Positions 1-13,623 are shown, counted from the first letter of the whole stretch. The stretch: 62,594 bases of DNA, filler included, from Choristocarpus tenellus KU-1152 (GCA_964200185.2; 9 parts of 9 records of this genome joined end to end with filler, not necessarily neighbours in it), one strand, 5' to 3'. The notes: generated from the letters alone by a model not told the origin. Made by a program: numbers and translations.

Positions 1-640
1 GGATAGGTGAAGACTGTGCACCATGTGCTTGTGGGGAAAGGAGAAGCTCCACCATCTAGAAGCCATGATGCTCATCAGTAAAACCAGGAGGAAAGGGGCA
101 GGGGAGGGCCTTACGAGGGGGGTTTATGCTTGACTGTGCAGAAACATATGACAGCGCTGATTGTACATGCGCAACTAACACGATTTTTTGGTCCAGAGTC
201 GGTTACTGAAACCCAGATTAAGATTTCCTTGAATTTTTTTTAGCCGTCGAGTTCTGTAAGATGGAGCTAAAATCGAACTTTCTCGTGAATATTGTAGTTT
301 TTTCTCAGATGGGGAGTTTGTTGAAATTGTCCAATAATTGGACAATCGTGAGGTGTACCCTATTTTGTATATTTGAGATTAGGGTATTGGATTGAGTCTA
401 TGTGATGTAACTAATGAGATAACACATCTGGATCATGTATGGGATTTGGTATTGCAATTAAAATTCTGACATAACTGTTGACTTACACCTGAGGCACAAA
501 CCGTGACATAAAACAATAAGAAGACACCCCAGAAGGTCACTCTTCTTTTTAAACATGTAACCATATTCAACAATGGGGAATCGTGTGAAGCTCCGCACCT
601 TCTTGTCTTCAATGCTGATCAAATAGCAATACTTTCCAAG

Positions 641-1290
641 GTTAATTGCACACGTTATGAGTCTTACTAGTATGGAGACAAGGAACAGGTTATGGGTCTC
701 AACAGTATGAAGAACGACATGAAGAAGTTGCCCATCTGGTCAGGACCACCAGGATAGTCAGTGGAGACCTGGACAACATGGAGATTATCTGTGGTAGATT
801 ACGAAGGTGGAAAGGGTCTGTAAGATATTCTGCGGCGAAAATAAGTCATCCCTGAAGTCACGGAGACACCAACGGAACAGGAACAAAGAGCGCACCAGAA
901 ATACGACAAAGAGTCAACGGAGGACGCGGGGAGGACGAGATCCCCGTGCAGCTCATCACAAGACCCGATATAAGCTACAAGGAGCTGAAACGGGCAATAG
1001 TCTCATCATCATCATACCAACAAAGTGGACCTGCTCCTTCGACAAGAATGGGAAGCTGGAGGCTAAGAAGACATGAGATATTTATGGTGCTATCGACAAC
1101 GAGGAAGAACTGGGGGTCAAGGGTGATACTTCAGGATGTACTTTGGGTAACTGGTATGCCATGCCGAATACTCAGCAATGGGACTCTGTGAGAAGATGAT
1201 GGAGAAAATCGAGGCAATGGAGCCGAAGCTACAACTGTGAGGTAATAAACCATATCTGGGCACACGGAAAGATCACAATATCGATGTATC
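641..1290 (+). pseudogene. Degraded retrotransposon gag-like remnant (copia-type)
   Basis: Stop-interrupted frame ...KKLPIWSGPP..VETWTTWRLSV... resembles a copia gag N-terminus; no intact ORF. Confidence 0.3.
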
Positions 1291-1499
1291 AGATATGACT
1301 ACGTCTGGTCAAGTCTTCAATGTGAAAGGGCATGGGCAAGGACTAGCTAGAGTCTTAGCTTGAAATTCTGCTTAACTCCATCAAGGAGATACAGATGCAA
1401 AAGCATGGACCATCATCTCCAATGAGGAGGGTTATGTTTGATGAGGTGGTTATTTATGGACCTTCGATAATCAAGGCAGAATCTTGAGATCCCATCAGC

Positions 1500-3375
1500 T
1501 TTAGCTTCAATAATAGCTGGGGATCCGCATGGGCTAGGACGAGCTTTAGTTATGCCTTATTTTTTTAAATCTTCAACAAATTTATCAAAAATACCTCTTA
1601 GCATGGTGCCCGATCAATAGGTCTAGTACCTGCTTCGAGAGAAAAATCTGTTCAGCAATTGTGCAAGTTCCCAATTTGGAGGTATCGAGGGAAAATACTG
1701 AACGGAATCTGGCACAAAGATCCAGTGTTTCGTGTATATTTGAGGTGAAGATAAAAAGTTATCTCAAAGAAAGGGGGTTTCAATTCTTTATATCAAGACG
1801 ATTTCGTTCAGATAGGAGTACTACTGTGAGAGTGACTGTGTTGACTATATCTACTGCGTAGATATGACCAGGTAGAGTATCGTTTGGTAAATGAACCGTT
1901 TATGTAGACATATTAGCAATTTGTACTAACCCTGAACCATCATCAGCATCCCACATTGTATCTGTTCAAGCAATAGCAACAAATTGCCAAGGATAATTGG
2001 CATTTAGTGGTACAAGAGTTTCTTATTCTGGGGGAATTAAATTTTTTTCTTGAGGTGAAATGGGACAGGTTGACCCTTGGCTTGCATAGGTGCTGTTTGA
2101 AAAGGAGATGCTGAACTATCAGAAGAAGCGATAGTACAATATATGGCAGGTGTAACAGTTTTTCTGTTTTGGAATGATAACGTTTGAGTCTGCCAATCAT
2201 ATATGTTGCTCCAAAAGCATCAAAAGAACACTGTTATCCAGAAGAACATCAGGTCCTAAGATGGGCAACACCAAAGGTTCAACTGGGATAGTTATATCAC
2301 CTAATTGTAGAGAAAACCTGATATACACCATGATGGTCAGAGCATTATCATCTGCAGAACAAAAGGTTGATTGCACATGTCACACAGTTCGACGGACGTT
2401 CTTCAGTACGATGTTTGACTCCTTGATATCGGTGGTGTGAAGGGGGCGCTGAAGGAGCTCAATTGTTGCCCAGGCGACCAATGACGTGTCTATTGAGGTT
2501 GCGGACTTCGAGTTCAAGTCATTTATTTGTATCTGAAGCGCCGCAACCTTTGCCGAGCGAAATGCTGGCTGCGCAATGTGACCGGAGGAAATAGCAGAGA
2601 CAGCAGTGGGAACAGTCGGCAGAATCGAAGGGACACGGGCAAGTGTGTGGGCATGTCTTTTTCCCATTAGATTGTTAACTTCATGAAACTTAGTGCGATT
2701 GATAGCTTCGAATAATGTAGTAGCAAAATCTTCACTGATCTGTTTTAGCTGAAGATGACTTCATAGAGAGTCAAAGCAAAGGGTAGAGCCTCATCCATTC
2801 GAGGGCTAAATTCCATTCTTGCGATTTTGATGAAAGTTTGACCATTGTGTTTCTTAGGAAGTGTCAATAGCCGTGTTCCTGAGACACCTTTTCGTAAGGT
2901 ATATATTTGACCTACGCAAAATATTTTGAAGTAGGAAAATGTCTATTAACTCATGGGAAGCCAAGTCCTGAACGGACAAACAGGGCAAAACTCGTAACCT
3001 TTAAGATACTTTCACTCAGAGGGCAATAGCAATTTGATTAATATATACACGGTCGCTCGAATCCGTAGATAAATGGTCAATAGCTGTAGTAAACCTACGA
3101 AGAAGGTGTGTCGCAAACGTAGTGCATATGTTTCGAGGGTTTCATCAGATTTTTGGGAAATATTAGCCCACTGTCTGCCCCGGCCTCCCAGCCTCCCATC
3201 GCATTTGCATGACGAAAAGTGTTCGTAAAAACTGTACATAATGGATCCCATTTTTTAGGAGAAAAAACGAGAATAGGATTGGTGGAATTATTCTGCATAT
3301 GAATAGGACACTATTGGGCAGGGGAACGCCGTACAACTTTGCCTTCCATACTCTGAAAATATAGCATACTGGCAT
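1500..3375 (-). mobile_element. Degraded Ty3/gypsy gag-protease remnant, interrupted by a MITE at 2768-3017
   Basis: SQKSDETLETYALRLRH (retrotransposon-gag-like Q..E....Y..RL) and FSLQLGDITIPVEPLVLPILGPDVLLDN (retropepsin C-terminal-like); many stops and frameshifts. Confidence 0.45.
2768..3017 (+). mobile_element. MITE family A copy (~250 bp, GAGTCAAAG...CTTTCACTC)
   Basis: Aligns to the other family A copies; terminal inverted repeats; flanked by aga/aga. Confidence 0.85.
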
Positions 3376-3939
3376 TAGAATCTAAAATCAGAGGCAAATA
3401 GGTGTGGGTTACCTTACATTCGTCATGTCCCTCGTTTCTGTCAAGTACTGAATAAGGTCCATGTCTGGAGGACGTTTTTCCTCAATGGCTGCCTTCAGCT
3501 CGGAGTTGATGAGATGGGTGCACAGGTCCCCAGTCAATGATGTTAACGATGTTGCCCTGTGGTGTTGACAAAGGCATCTGAAAGATCTTGACGGAGCATT
3601 TACAGTCCGGGTAACAGGGGTTGTTAACGGTAAGGGTTGTTGACTGAGGGGGTGATTGTCCACCGACATCAACTGCTGGATAACGCATTGATCACCTACC
3701 CACAAATCTGTGTCCACAAAGTTTCCAGATGATTTTATAAAGTAGAAGGTTTTCCCTTCAATCTTCTAGGATAACTTCGTCAAACGATAGAGGATCTTGA
3801 TCATGGAACGCTGTTAATAGGTGTTCTTCTGGTCCATCCTCTTTGAATTCCTCCACCATGAGACTCTGAAAACGATTCTTTGCTGTGTGGAACGTGTTGT
3901 GTCATCTCCTTGATCGAACTATGTGCCAGTCAGAGTGAT

Positions 3940-4188
3940 GAGCGAAAGTATCTTAGACGGTGCTGTTTGTCCGTTTGGGGTTTGGTTTCCCACGGGTTTT
4001 TAATGGCATTTTACCTACTCCAAAATGTTTTGGAGTAGGTAAAATGTATACATTATGAAAGGGTGTGTCCGGAACAAGGATATTGACATCTCCTAACAAA
4101 CACGATAGTCAAAGTTACATCAAAATTGTAGCATTGGATTTGGGCCCCCAAATGGACGCAGTCCTACCCCTCTAAGATACATTGACTC
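3940..4188 (-). mobile_element. MITE family A copy
   Basis: TIRs and a perfect 4-bp TSD tgat/tgat. Confidence 0.9.
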
Positions 4189-4836
4189 TGATGTGGCATG
4201 CAGATATAGGATAAGTGCGGTGCTCAAAGTATAGGTAATGTACTAAGAGTTTCCCCAAAGGTACTGTTGAAGTACTCTCTCACTTCAGAATGATTGAAGT
4301 CGTCGCCACTGTAAAACAGATGGAAACAGGCTGGCAGGTTCTTCAGACTGAAGGAGAGCAGGAAGACCCACAGGAGTCAAGATAATAGAGAGAGAGAAGG
4401 CAAGAGGGAGAGCAATCCCTCAGAAGATCACTCAGGAAAGAGTGAACAAACAAAAGAATGAATGATGGGGGATGTGCAAGGTCCCCTCAAACCACCCAAT
4501 ATTTACTTCAAGTAGATGTTCACTTCAACATGTAAAAGCACATGTGATATAACAACAGTTCTTCAAGGTAGATCATCTTAAAGGTATACCTTAGTTGGAA
4601 GATAGTTCTCAAGTTTATCTTCATCATGTAACCCATCATCAACTTCTGGCGACAAGCCTTTCCTGCACGAAGCTATAGTGATACCAATAGCTTATGCCTC
4701 TGGGATTGTCCCATCATAATCTTTGATGTAGACATCGGATTTAAGAATAAAAGCATATTCGTGATGTCCGTCACAATGCCCTCCAGAGTACGGGCTTCGT
4801 TTTTTTTCGCCATTTTTTTCTTTTTTTGAAGAAAGA

Positions 4837-4920
4837 GCGGTCATATTGGGGTTTGAACCCTGGATTGCAGGTCACCAAGAGTGGCAACAGATGCACTATT
4901 ACTTGATTAAAGCATAGGGC
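4837..4920 (-). other. tRNA-derived (SINE-like or pseudo-tRNA) sequence
   Basis: B-box GGTTCAAACC on the minus strand in a tRNA-sized segment followed by an A-rich tract; cloverleaf is not intact. Confidence 0.3.
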
Positions 4921-5204
4921 TTAGACGAGAAAAAAGCCTCCCAACCCTTTCTTCCTCTGTGTTCGCACATCCACTCTTTGAACTCGGCAAGGATGTCCTC
5001 ATCGAGGCCCAGAACGAAACACCTCTCATAGCGCCCTTGCTCCGACACCTTGATGCGGCTCTTAGTTAGGAAGGTCTCTCTCCCATCTACTCACAGTTTC
5101 CGGCTTGACCATCACATATCCTGCTGCCATCTCAATCGACGTTTTATCGTCTTTTTCGTCGCTCATACACAGGTACAGGATTCGCATTATTAGAGCCTTT
5201 ACTA

Positions 5205-6881
5205 TCACATTTCCTTGTTGAGCGCTGGAAATGGGTGTCGTCCGTGTTTTCTGGGCGGGTCATATTTTAGTATCAAGGCGCAAGGGCGAGGGGGGACCGG
5301 CCTGAATTGAACGAAAATTGTGTTGATTTCTCGAATGAACGCAGGATGGGGAGTAACACCCTTAACCAACTTTTTACATCCAACCCCAAGTCCAGGAACA
5401 GAAGTGAATGTATGGCATCTTGCAAGAAGTAGGAGACACCAAACCATCAGTGTGCAAATAGTCTCAATCTCACCTCCTCTTCTTCCCTGGTGTCCTCGTC
5501 GATGACTACCTCCACCTGCTTCGCGACCTCTTCTAAGTAGAGGATTTGGTGGTATGGAGAAGTCTCTACACCTGCAAGTTTTACGATCGCTTTCTTCCGC
5601 CTTGTGAGCCCTTTCGACCTTCTTTCGGGCTTCAGAGCCCTTGTAGCTCAACCCTAACACCTTCTTTCTCATTTCCTTAAGCCACTCCGGCTCACATAGC
5701 TTCCAAACAGTCAGAGCCTGCTGTAACTGTCTACTACTAAGATATTCTACAACCGGGTTTTCGCTTAGGCATTTCCTGAGCGCAGTGGCATGCAGTCTCA
5801 CTGCTCTCTTCCCCAACCTTCCCTTCGGCCGGCCACTCTGGTTCTCCATTAGTCCCCCGTGACCAGACTTCCCCACAGACTTCGTCACTGTACCACCGGG
5901 TGATGGACTCGCCGCTCTCTTCCTGCTTTCCTGAGGTGGCAGAGATTGCACAGCAGTGCTCCAACGTGGTTGAAGATCGCAAACCACGTTTGTGTGGTAA
6001 TGCTTTCAATGCATCTTCTCTCACCATCAGTGTTGCGGCCACATGGCCATCTGCGCCACAGTACACGCACGTTCTCGTCACCTAACATCGCATCGAATGT
6101 CACATGGTACTTGCTTTTCTGTCGTCTCTCGACAAAGAAGGTGCCAAGAATAGATCCAGTGGGCAGAGTGACCTCGGCGGCTCTCCTTGTCTCACCGTCG
6201 TGGTTCATGTTGCTGTGTAAGTCACACCTATGTGTGCTCACAGACAGTCTGCAAAAGGCGTTAAAAAGATGCCCGGAAATCTTGAGTTTTTTTTTCAGTA
6301 TCGCCACACCGGTCAAACTTACGCAGCAACATACCCCAGACTAGGTTTTTGCAAGGAGTTCAGCCAACCACTCCATTTTTGTCCGATTTGAAGTCGTGAC
6401 CTTCAAAATTACGCCGGAGATATTCCCCTGCTTTTTTGCTATTCTTTGATCGGGACATAGCTCCCGTTACCTGAAGTCTGGACATTCGTGGATACAACCT
6501 TTCAAAAGTTCTTGTCATACCGTTTCATTTGTTGTATATCTTTTGTGGCGTTCTGATGAAAAAGGTATTGGTACCACCTCACCAGTTTTTTGTAGGGAAT
6601 TCAGGCAAGTCATTCATTTTTGTGCCTTTCGAGGTTGTGACCATCAAAATTGCACCAGAGATGTTCCTCCGCTTTCTTTCAATTTTTTGATCGGGGCGTT
6701 GTTCCTGTTTCTTCGAAGTTAGTACATTCGTATATACAAACTTTCCAATGCTCTTGTCATTCGCGTTCATTAATTTATTGTTGTATACCTCTTGTGGCAA
6801 TACACTGAAAAAAAGCAAGATTGCCACAGAGGTGTAAGCTATTGGTACCACTTTACTACAATACTCATTAAAGGTTGGCAA
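5205..6881 (-). pseudogene. Decayed SWIM-zinc-finger-like transposon-associated gene with an internal tandem duplication
   Basis: Frameshifted KYHVTFD...TRTCVYCGADGHVAATL...CDLQPRW pattern; 6390-6578 is duplicated at 6630-6851. Confidence 0.4.
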
Positions 6882-7686
6882 TTACATATGTTACATGTAC
6901 ACTGCTACTATGTCTCTAACCTAGTGTAGCCCTACATTAGTAGTGGGCAAGGAGCGTTTTGGTTTGTATGCGTTCCTCTTCTCCACGTCAATGGACATCT
7001 CGCTTTCAAGGAATAAAAGTTCCCCAATCCTTTCCAAAGCAACTAATATACTGTTTTGTGTTAGGTGTCAGATGCCTAATACGAAACAATGTCTTGTTTA
7101 TACCATTCCACTTATGTAGATGTTTATTATGATTTACATGGTGAAAGCTGCACCCCCACTCGAAACCTTTGTCTCTCCATCAGGTACAAGTGTCCTCATT
7201 GCTACACTAGACATGCCCCATAATATACATCGCCCTAGCACAGGAGGGAAAGAGAAGGCACTTGAGAGATGGTGCAGGACATTCATGAGCGAGCAGATTT
7301 TCCATCGAGTGCCCCCGCAGACACAGCCAAGGGCCCTACATATAAGTTGAAGGGCAAAGGAAAGGAGGTGATACTTTCTGCATCGCAGGGAAGGCGTGAG
7401 AGAACTACTTCAAGCAAGGCCAGAGAGAAGGAGGATGGTAATGGCGCTGTTACCAAGAAGAGGCACAGTCCTCCTAGTGGTACGACTCGACGAGTCCAAA
7501 ATGAAATGATCGCTGCAACGTAAGAAGTACGGGGTGGTAGTGATTTTTTCAAAATATAATCAAAAACAATATTATTTCTATCATATATGTCCAACATTTC
7601 CTTAAACCTCATTCACACACTCTCAAAGCTCACCACCCCCTCCCACTCTTCTCTCTCTATGACCAACATGAAATACAGGGGGAAGC

Positions 7687-7945
7687 AAGTCAAAGTATCT
7701 TAGAGGGTAGAGCCGCGTCCATTTGGAAGACAAAATCCAATGTTGCAATTTTGACGTAATTTTGGCTACGATGTTTGTTAGGAAGTGTCAATATCCTTGT
7801 TTTGGACACACCTTTTCATAACATAAACATTTTACCTACTCCGAAATATTTTGGAGTAGGAAAAATGTCATTGAAAACCCGTGGGAAGTCAAGCCCCAAA
7901 AAGACAGACAGGGAAAAGCTCGTACCCTCTAAGATACTTTCACTC
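7687..7945 (+). mobile_element. MITE family A copy
   Basis: TIR AAGTCAAAGTATCTTAGAGGGTA / TACCCTCTAAGATACTTTCACTC; flanks aagc/aaga. Confidence 0.9.
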
Positions 7946-8373
7946 AAGAACTGTATCTTCGACAAAGGCGTGTATCCTGCAAGTCACAACTCTCCACATT
8001 CGCACTGCTTGCAGTTCCTCCAAGTTGGGCATTCCTCCATGCTCATCTTCAAGGTCTTACCTGAGGGACTCATAAGTCCTGTGCCGGCAACGGTTAAATG
8101 CCTTGGGGAGCCCCTCGTTAACCCTGTAAGGTGCTCCAAAGGCAGGGAACACTTGCTCCACTTCTCCCATCACCAGAGTGGGCGTTCTCCATTGGACATG
8201 TCTCAGGTGATGTAATACTAGGAACTGTTGCATCTTTCTTGTATCGGAAAGGTATCTCTTTCGTTGCCTATATATCTGCGTATATGTATTCTTTCTGTTG
8301 GCCTGCTACCAAGACTGGTTCTGCTTTATTCTCAAGTTGTGATGGATTATGTATTTTATTTTGAGACATAACC

Positions 8374-8632
8374 GAGTGAAAGTATCTTAGAGGGTATGAG
8401 CTTTTCCCTGTCTGTCCATTTGGGGCTTGACTTCCCACGGGTTTTCAATTACATTTTTCCTACTCCAAAATATCTCGGAGTAGGTAAAATTTCTATGTTA
8501 TGAAAAAGTGTGTCCAAAACAAGGATATTGACACTTCCTAACAAACATCGTAGCCAAAATTACATCAAAATTGCAACATTGGATTTTGTCTCCCAAATGG
8601 ACGCGGCTCTACCCTCTAAGATGCTTTGACTT
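8374..8632 (-). mobile_element. MITE family A copy (inverted near-twin of 7687-7945)
   Basis: TIRs and a perfect TSD aacc/aacc. Confidence 0.9.
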
Positions 8633-11220
8633 AACCCGCTTTTATTTCTGTATCAGACAATTTTGATCTCATGTCTCATGCTGTTCCTCATTCAAAAATT
8701 TATTCAAGTGCATATTTTGACGTATGCCTGTCATGCTGCTTCCATCACTTCTGTTCCGCTGTTGTCAGGCCTTCTCAAGTCCAGGGACATGAACATGGTC
8801 GAGGAGAACACACCCCTCTGCCTCCAATACAGTGGCAAACCCATCCAGTAAACATCCTTTTGTCTACAATTTGATCGTTGTCTTACTCGCCCACCACAAG
8901 GTTGAACCCCAATCGATAGGTCTAGTCAATGTTACTACAGAGTGGATAGGATTTTAATGTAAAACGGAAATCACTCATGAATCACCTCATGGCTTCGCCA
9001 AAGAGAAAAATACAGCGTATATCAGACGATGATGGCTAGGAAAGGGAAATGGGGATGTTGGACACCATCAGAAGGCTGCAAGGTTCCTCATGAATGGGTG
9101 GGAAATGTGCTATTTTTTTCTCTATCTATTTTGGTACCTTCCTCACATGGCCTGTATTTTCTTGTTGTGTCCACGTGTTCATTCGAAAGTGTTTCTTACC
9201 CTTGCCCTCAAATAAACGTTCCATAGACCAACTCTTCACCTTAAAACGCATACTACTCGGTGCTCTCTCCTCAATAGATACACCTCCATTAGGGCTACAG
9301 TCATGTTGACTAACGGTGCAAGCAACTTAACTGCAAAGGCGCCCTTCTACGCCACAGGATGGGTGGAGATGTTTACCACCTAGGCAGGCTCGTTAAACCA
9401 GGAGGGTGGGTGTTTACTTAACCCTGAAAGCCTTGGCTAGGAAGCTGCAACTTTGACTTACGGTGAATATTGGCAAATATGGTTACTTGCGGTGGCGAAC
9501 ATGTTCACAGCTACCATCTCTCACCTCCTATGCACCCACCACAAATGCAGGGATTACACATGTCTTTCATCACTCTGTAGTACGCACTGATTGATAACAC
9601 CAATAGTACAGCATACCCCATCAAATGCAGGGACCCTTCTCTTTTACCAAGTTGCCCTCTGTTCCTCCACACACCTTTCTCACTCTACACTTCACTCGCA
9701 TTTGTCCTCAATCCAATCTGCACGTATGCAATGATTATGGTCCAAAAGAGTGGGTACTGTGCGCAATCGCACAGAAGGAGGTGCCACAGAGCATGGTGTT
9801 ACCTTTGTGGCGGACATTCCATGTCAGGACAAGTCCCCAGTATGCACAGAGGTACATGAAAGGACAATAACATTCTCATACCCAGGATGGTGCAGGTCCT
9901 GGACAATACCGAGCTTGATTCCATGCTCATGCGGAGTCAGAGCTGCTCTGTACAGGCGATTGATGAAACCTGTCCGGGGCACAAAGCGGTTCCATGTGGT
10001 GATGATGGCTACTTGAACCTGTCCGTGGATGTTGTGAAAGTCCCCAGGAAAATTGCTCAAGTGAGAGAAAAAGCACGGTTATCGAGGAGAAATTGGCTGC
10101 AAAACGTGTAGTACAGTTTGTAACTCATCCATGCCGGTTTCATGAATACTATAGAAGCATCGTGGAGGAGTTCAGATAGCCATGAAAGGTCAAAGAGTTG
10201 TGAACTGCGGGGCCCGTTGCAAGAATGCCTCGAACAAGAGGTCGAGAATAACACCTAGAACATGGACTTGTCAGATGGAGGGGAGGAAGAGGTGGCCAGA
10301 TCTACGGCTGGTAAAGGACAGGGTGGGAACACCATTCCATGGATCGCAACGGTGATGAATGATGAACTTGCAGTCACAACACATACAAAGTAGTTGGAAG
10401 TGAAATAATATTTGATGGTGAATGTAAATATTTTGGTATACTCTGGATACACGCAAGCTTCTTGTGTCATCTATGATATGCATAGTCGACTTGTTACATT
10501 TTTGATGGGTGACCCACCACAGGTTCGGAATTAAGGATAGAATTCGGGTTATGTGGTCTGACCAATCTTTGACACTCCAATGAGTGTCTTGCACCGTATT
10601 TTCGTGTGTGGATTTTACTAGTATTAATGTCCCTAGTCATACTTCATTATATTTTTTTACGAAATAGTTCGTATGTACTATTCTTCTTCCACATTTTACA
10701 TTGTTTTCTCACAAAGTCCCTGCGAACCACCACACTGTCTGATTACCACCCTTGTCATCTTATACTTCCTCCATTCGGAATTAAATTCGACCTACCTTTT
10801 GTAAGCTCCGTTCTCGCCTGGGAAAGATCCACGTTATAACCCCTCTGGATGATGCTTAGTTCTCATATAGATTGGGAGGCGTGCAAAGTTGGAGATGGTG
10901 TACTGTCATGACTGTGGAGGATCGGCAGTGCAAAGTCGACCAAGTCACAATTGACTTGATTCAAAGACCTCGTGAAACTGTCAAAGGTGGTGTTGGGATG
11001 CCTAGGATGAAAGCCCTCCGTCGTCCAAGCAACTTGCTCATCATGTCATCGCCCGTTGTTCCAATTCTTCGGCCTGAAATTCTGTCTGGGGTCCAGGCTC
11101 AAACACCCCAACAAAGAACAGCGTGATGGCATGGTGCCTGGAGGCGAGAGGGCACGAGATCCGGATGCCTCAGGGGACATCGCAACTGAGGAAGTGGTGT
11201 GGGATGACATTGTCATCAAG

Positions 11221-11320
11221 NNNNNNNNNNNNNNNNNNNNNNNNNNNNNNNNNNNNNNNNNNNNTTAATTAATTAANNNNNNNNNNNNNNNNNNNNNNNN
11301 NNNNNNNNNNNNNNNNNNNN
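11221..11320. other. Artificial contig spacer N44-TTAATTAATTAA-N44 (also 14196-14295, 20790-20889, 29687-29786, 34646-34745, 37829-37928, 50199-50298, 56002-56101)
   Basis: Identical 100-nt six-frame-stop linker occurs 8 times. Confidence 0.97.
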
Positions 11321-11493
11321 CTGTCCCCCCCCAGATACCTTGGGTCCATTTGTATCAATAAACTTACTTTCTGAACAGAAACTTGATCGTACGGTACAAT
11401 AAAAGTCTTCTCGTAAAAAAAAACGTGTTCTTGGCATGTAAGGGAAAATATGTACTGCACTAATTGCATGGACATAGTAAATGAAAGGTCGTA

Positions 11494-11672
11494 CCCAGTA
11501 GCCAGTTATTAGCCCCTCATGTGCTCCTGAGCATTCCGCTTTTAGCTCCATTTCAGAGAACATGGAGCTCAAAGGCTGCAAAGAAGGATAAGTATCGCCA
11601 TCATAAAGATAGAATGGCACCGTTGGAGCTTCTTCCCTCAACGACAGGACGGTTGACTGGACCCTGGCTGCT
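11494..11672 (-). CDS. Probable internal exon of an unidentified gene (possibly exostosin/glycosyltransferase-like)
   Basis: Acceptor ttccag and donor gtacga bracket an open frame ...EEAPTVPFYLYDGDTYPSLQPL...GLITGYW. Confidence 0.3.
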
Positions 11673-13356
11673 GGAAAAGATATTAGAATGAGCACAAATG
11701 TGCAAAACACAATCGTGGTAGCATTCATTCCTGTATCCCACAACAGAGAGAGCAAAAGAAGAGATTTTCAGTTTGAACACATAGTGAGGTTGCCACAGAG
11801 TAGTGTGATCTTTTCCTGACTTATGAGTGAAGTATCAGTGCTACACATACTCCTCGAGATCTCTTGGTGCCTTTGGAAAGTCTTTGTCACAACAGATGAC
11901 ACACATCTTGTTTAAATAGGTTGGTTGTTGTTACGAAACATCATGCCATTATTTGTTTGGTTGTTCATGCCACGAATCAGAGTTCTAGCATCACATTTAT
12001 GTAGCTCTTAAGAATCGTTAGAGATGGAGATAACTCAAATGGTTGAGAAAGTCCAAATCATTGGCGCGTGATTGTGGTGGGGGGGGGGTGAAAGTGGTTT
12101 TGAATTATCTGATTTGACTACTTCATAGTATGGAGTAATCGTTATGTGAATATTGAAGAAGTACATACTTCACTGAGCTCCTACTCGCCTTTCAAATTTT
12201 TGCATTAGTCAACCATTGAGGAGAGAAATAATCTCGGTGGATTTTACAAAGAAAATGAAACAACTCGTCTACTACATGCATGTATTATTCGCCGTAACAA
12301 TTAAATATGACACATATTCCCGAAGAAGTCATGCCAGGGGCATAGTGCAGAGCAAAGGTTATTATGGCACTTTGAGGGCAGAAGGGGAGGAAAAGAGCCT
12401 TGAGCTCTAACCCCTTTTACCTGGTTCATATTTATGAGTTGTTTGCAGTCCATGAGAAAGAGTTAAGTTGCGAGATGATCAACATACTTGTCTCAACTAA
12501 TGAATTGGTGTTCTGTGTACTTGGATGTATACTCGGTACTGCTGCAGCATATCTATAACATAGTTACTTTTTTTTACCATCTATATGTAAAGTAGATGTG
12601 GAGAAGATGGTAGTTGAAAATAACTAATAACCTAGTAGTAATCAACATGTTGAAAAATGAATGTTTAATGTGAATAGTTACTTGTTGCGTACAATAATCG
12701 TAGAATAACTAAATGACCAAAATTAGCAGCTGGGTACATTATCGGTTACAATGGATATCCAAAACATCTGACAATGTTCTTTTTGATCATCCAAAACATC
12801 TCAGAATATTCTTTTTGATTTGAAACTATTTTTACTCGCAGAACACTCCTACAATTCCAGTATGTTAGAGAGGTGGTGTGGTGCATAGAAGTCCAATAAA
12901 GTGGTGATGTTGTACTGCTGAATGAAACAACCATGTGGGCTGTAAAATAAACACTCTCCTATCTACCAATATTCATACAAGTCAGACATTCCAAGGGAAC
13001 ACATCTATTCTTGTGTGGAAGAAAGAGAGGACGTACCAAGATTGAACTCAGGGCATGAGGCGATTCGTGTGCTGCTTGGCACTATCACAAACTCTTCACA
13101 AAGGGGTGAAAGCACGCCCATCATTTCAAGGAAGTACATTGTAGGTGGTGAGGGAAGAAAGATGTCTTTGTCAGAGTTGACATTGGACACATATGTAACG
13201 TCCCACCGTCAGAAGTTATAAGGAGAATTGGAGTAGCAGTTTACTTAGCGACAATCAATGTTGTGAAGTATTATATAACTTGACACAATAGTATAGTAAT
13301 GGGTGGGGTATGTGCTCATTGGATTGTAGTAGCCATTCCTCATGAGATCTAAGAGA

Positions 13357-13623
13357 GAGCCAAGGCATTTAAGAGGTTAAGAATTTTGTACTGTTTGTCC
13401 GTTCAGGGCTTGGCTTCCCATGGGTTTTTATTACCTTTTTCGGTTTTCTGTGTGAACATTTCGGATTTCGGAGTATTTAAAATGTATAGGACTATCAAAG
13501 GTGTGTCCAGAGCAAGGATATAGACACTTGCTAACAAACACGATAGCCAAAATCCATCACAATCGCACTTTGGGTTTATGACCTCGAAGAGACGTGAATC
13601 TACCCTATTAAATGCCTTGACTC
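13357..13623 (-). mobile_element. Diverged MITE family A copy (GCATTTAAGAG terminal variant)
   Basis: Internal homology to family A; TIR gagccaaggcattt / aaatgccttgactc; flanks aga/aga. Confidence 0.8.

Noticed and set aside
3409-4790. Coding-like fragments (LTGDLCTHLINSELK..., SHVLLHVEVNI...) as a CACTA transposase or host exons
   Set aside because: Too degraded to assign without a database search
7775-8215. 146-aa ORF and similar RYF/KYLGGG-containing ORFs near 19444, 20217 and 20838
   Set aside because: They begin in or overlap MITE sequence; chance open frames
11265-11276. TTAATTAATTAA palindrome recurring at every large gap
   Set aside because: Artificial six-frame-stop scaffolding linker, not biological
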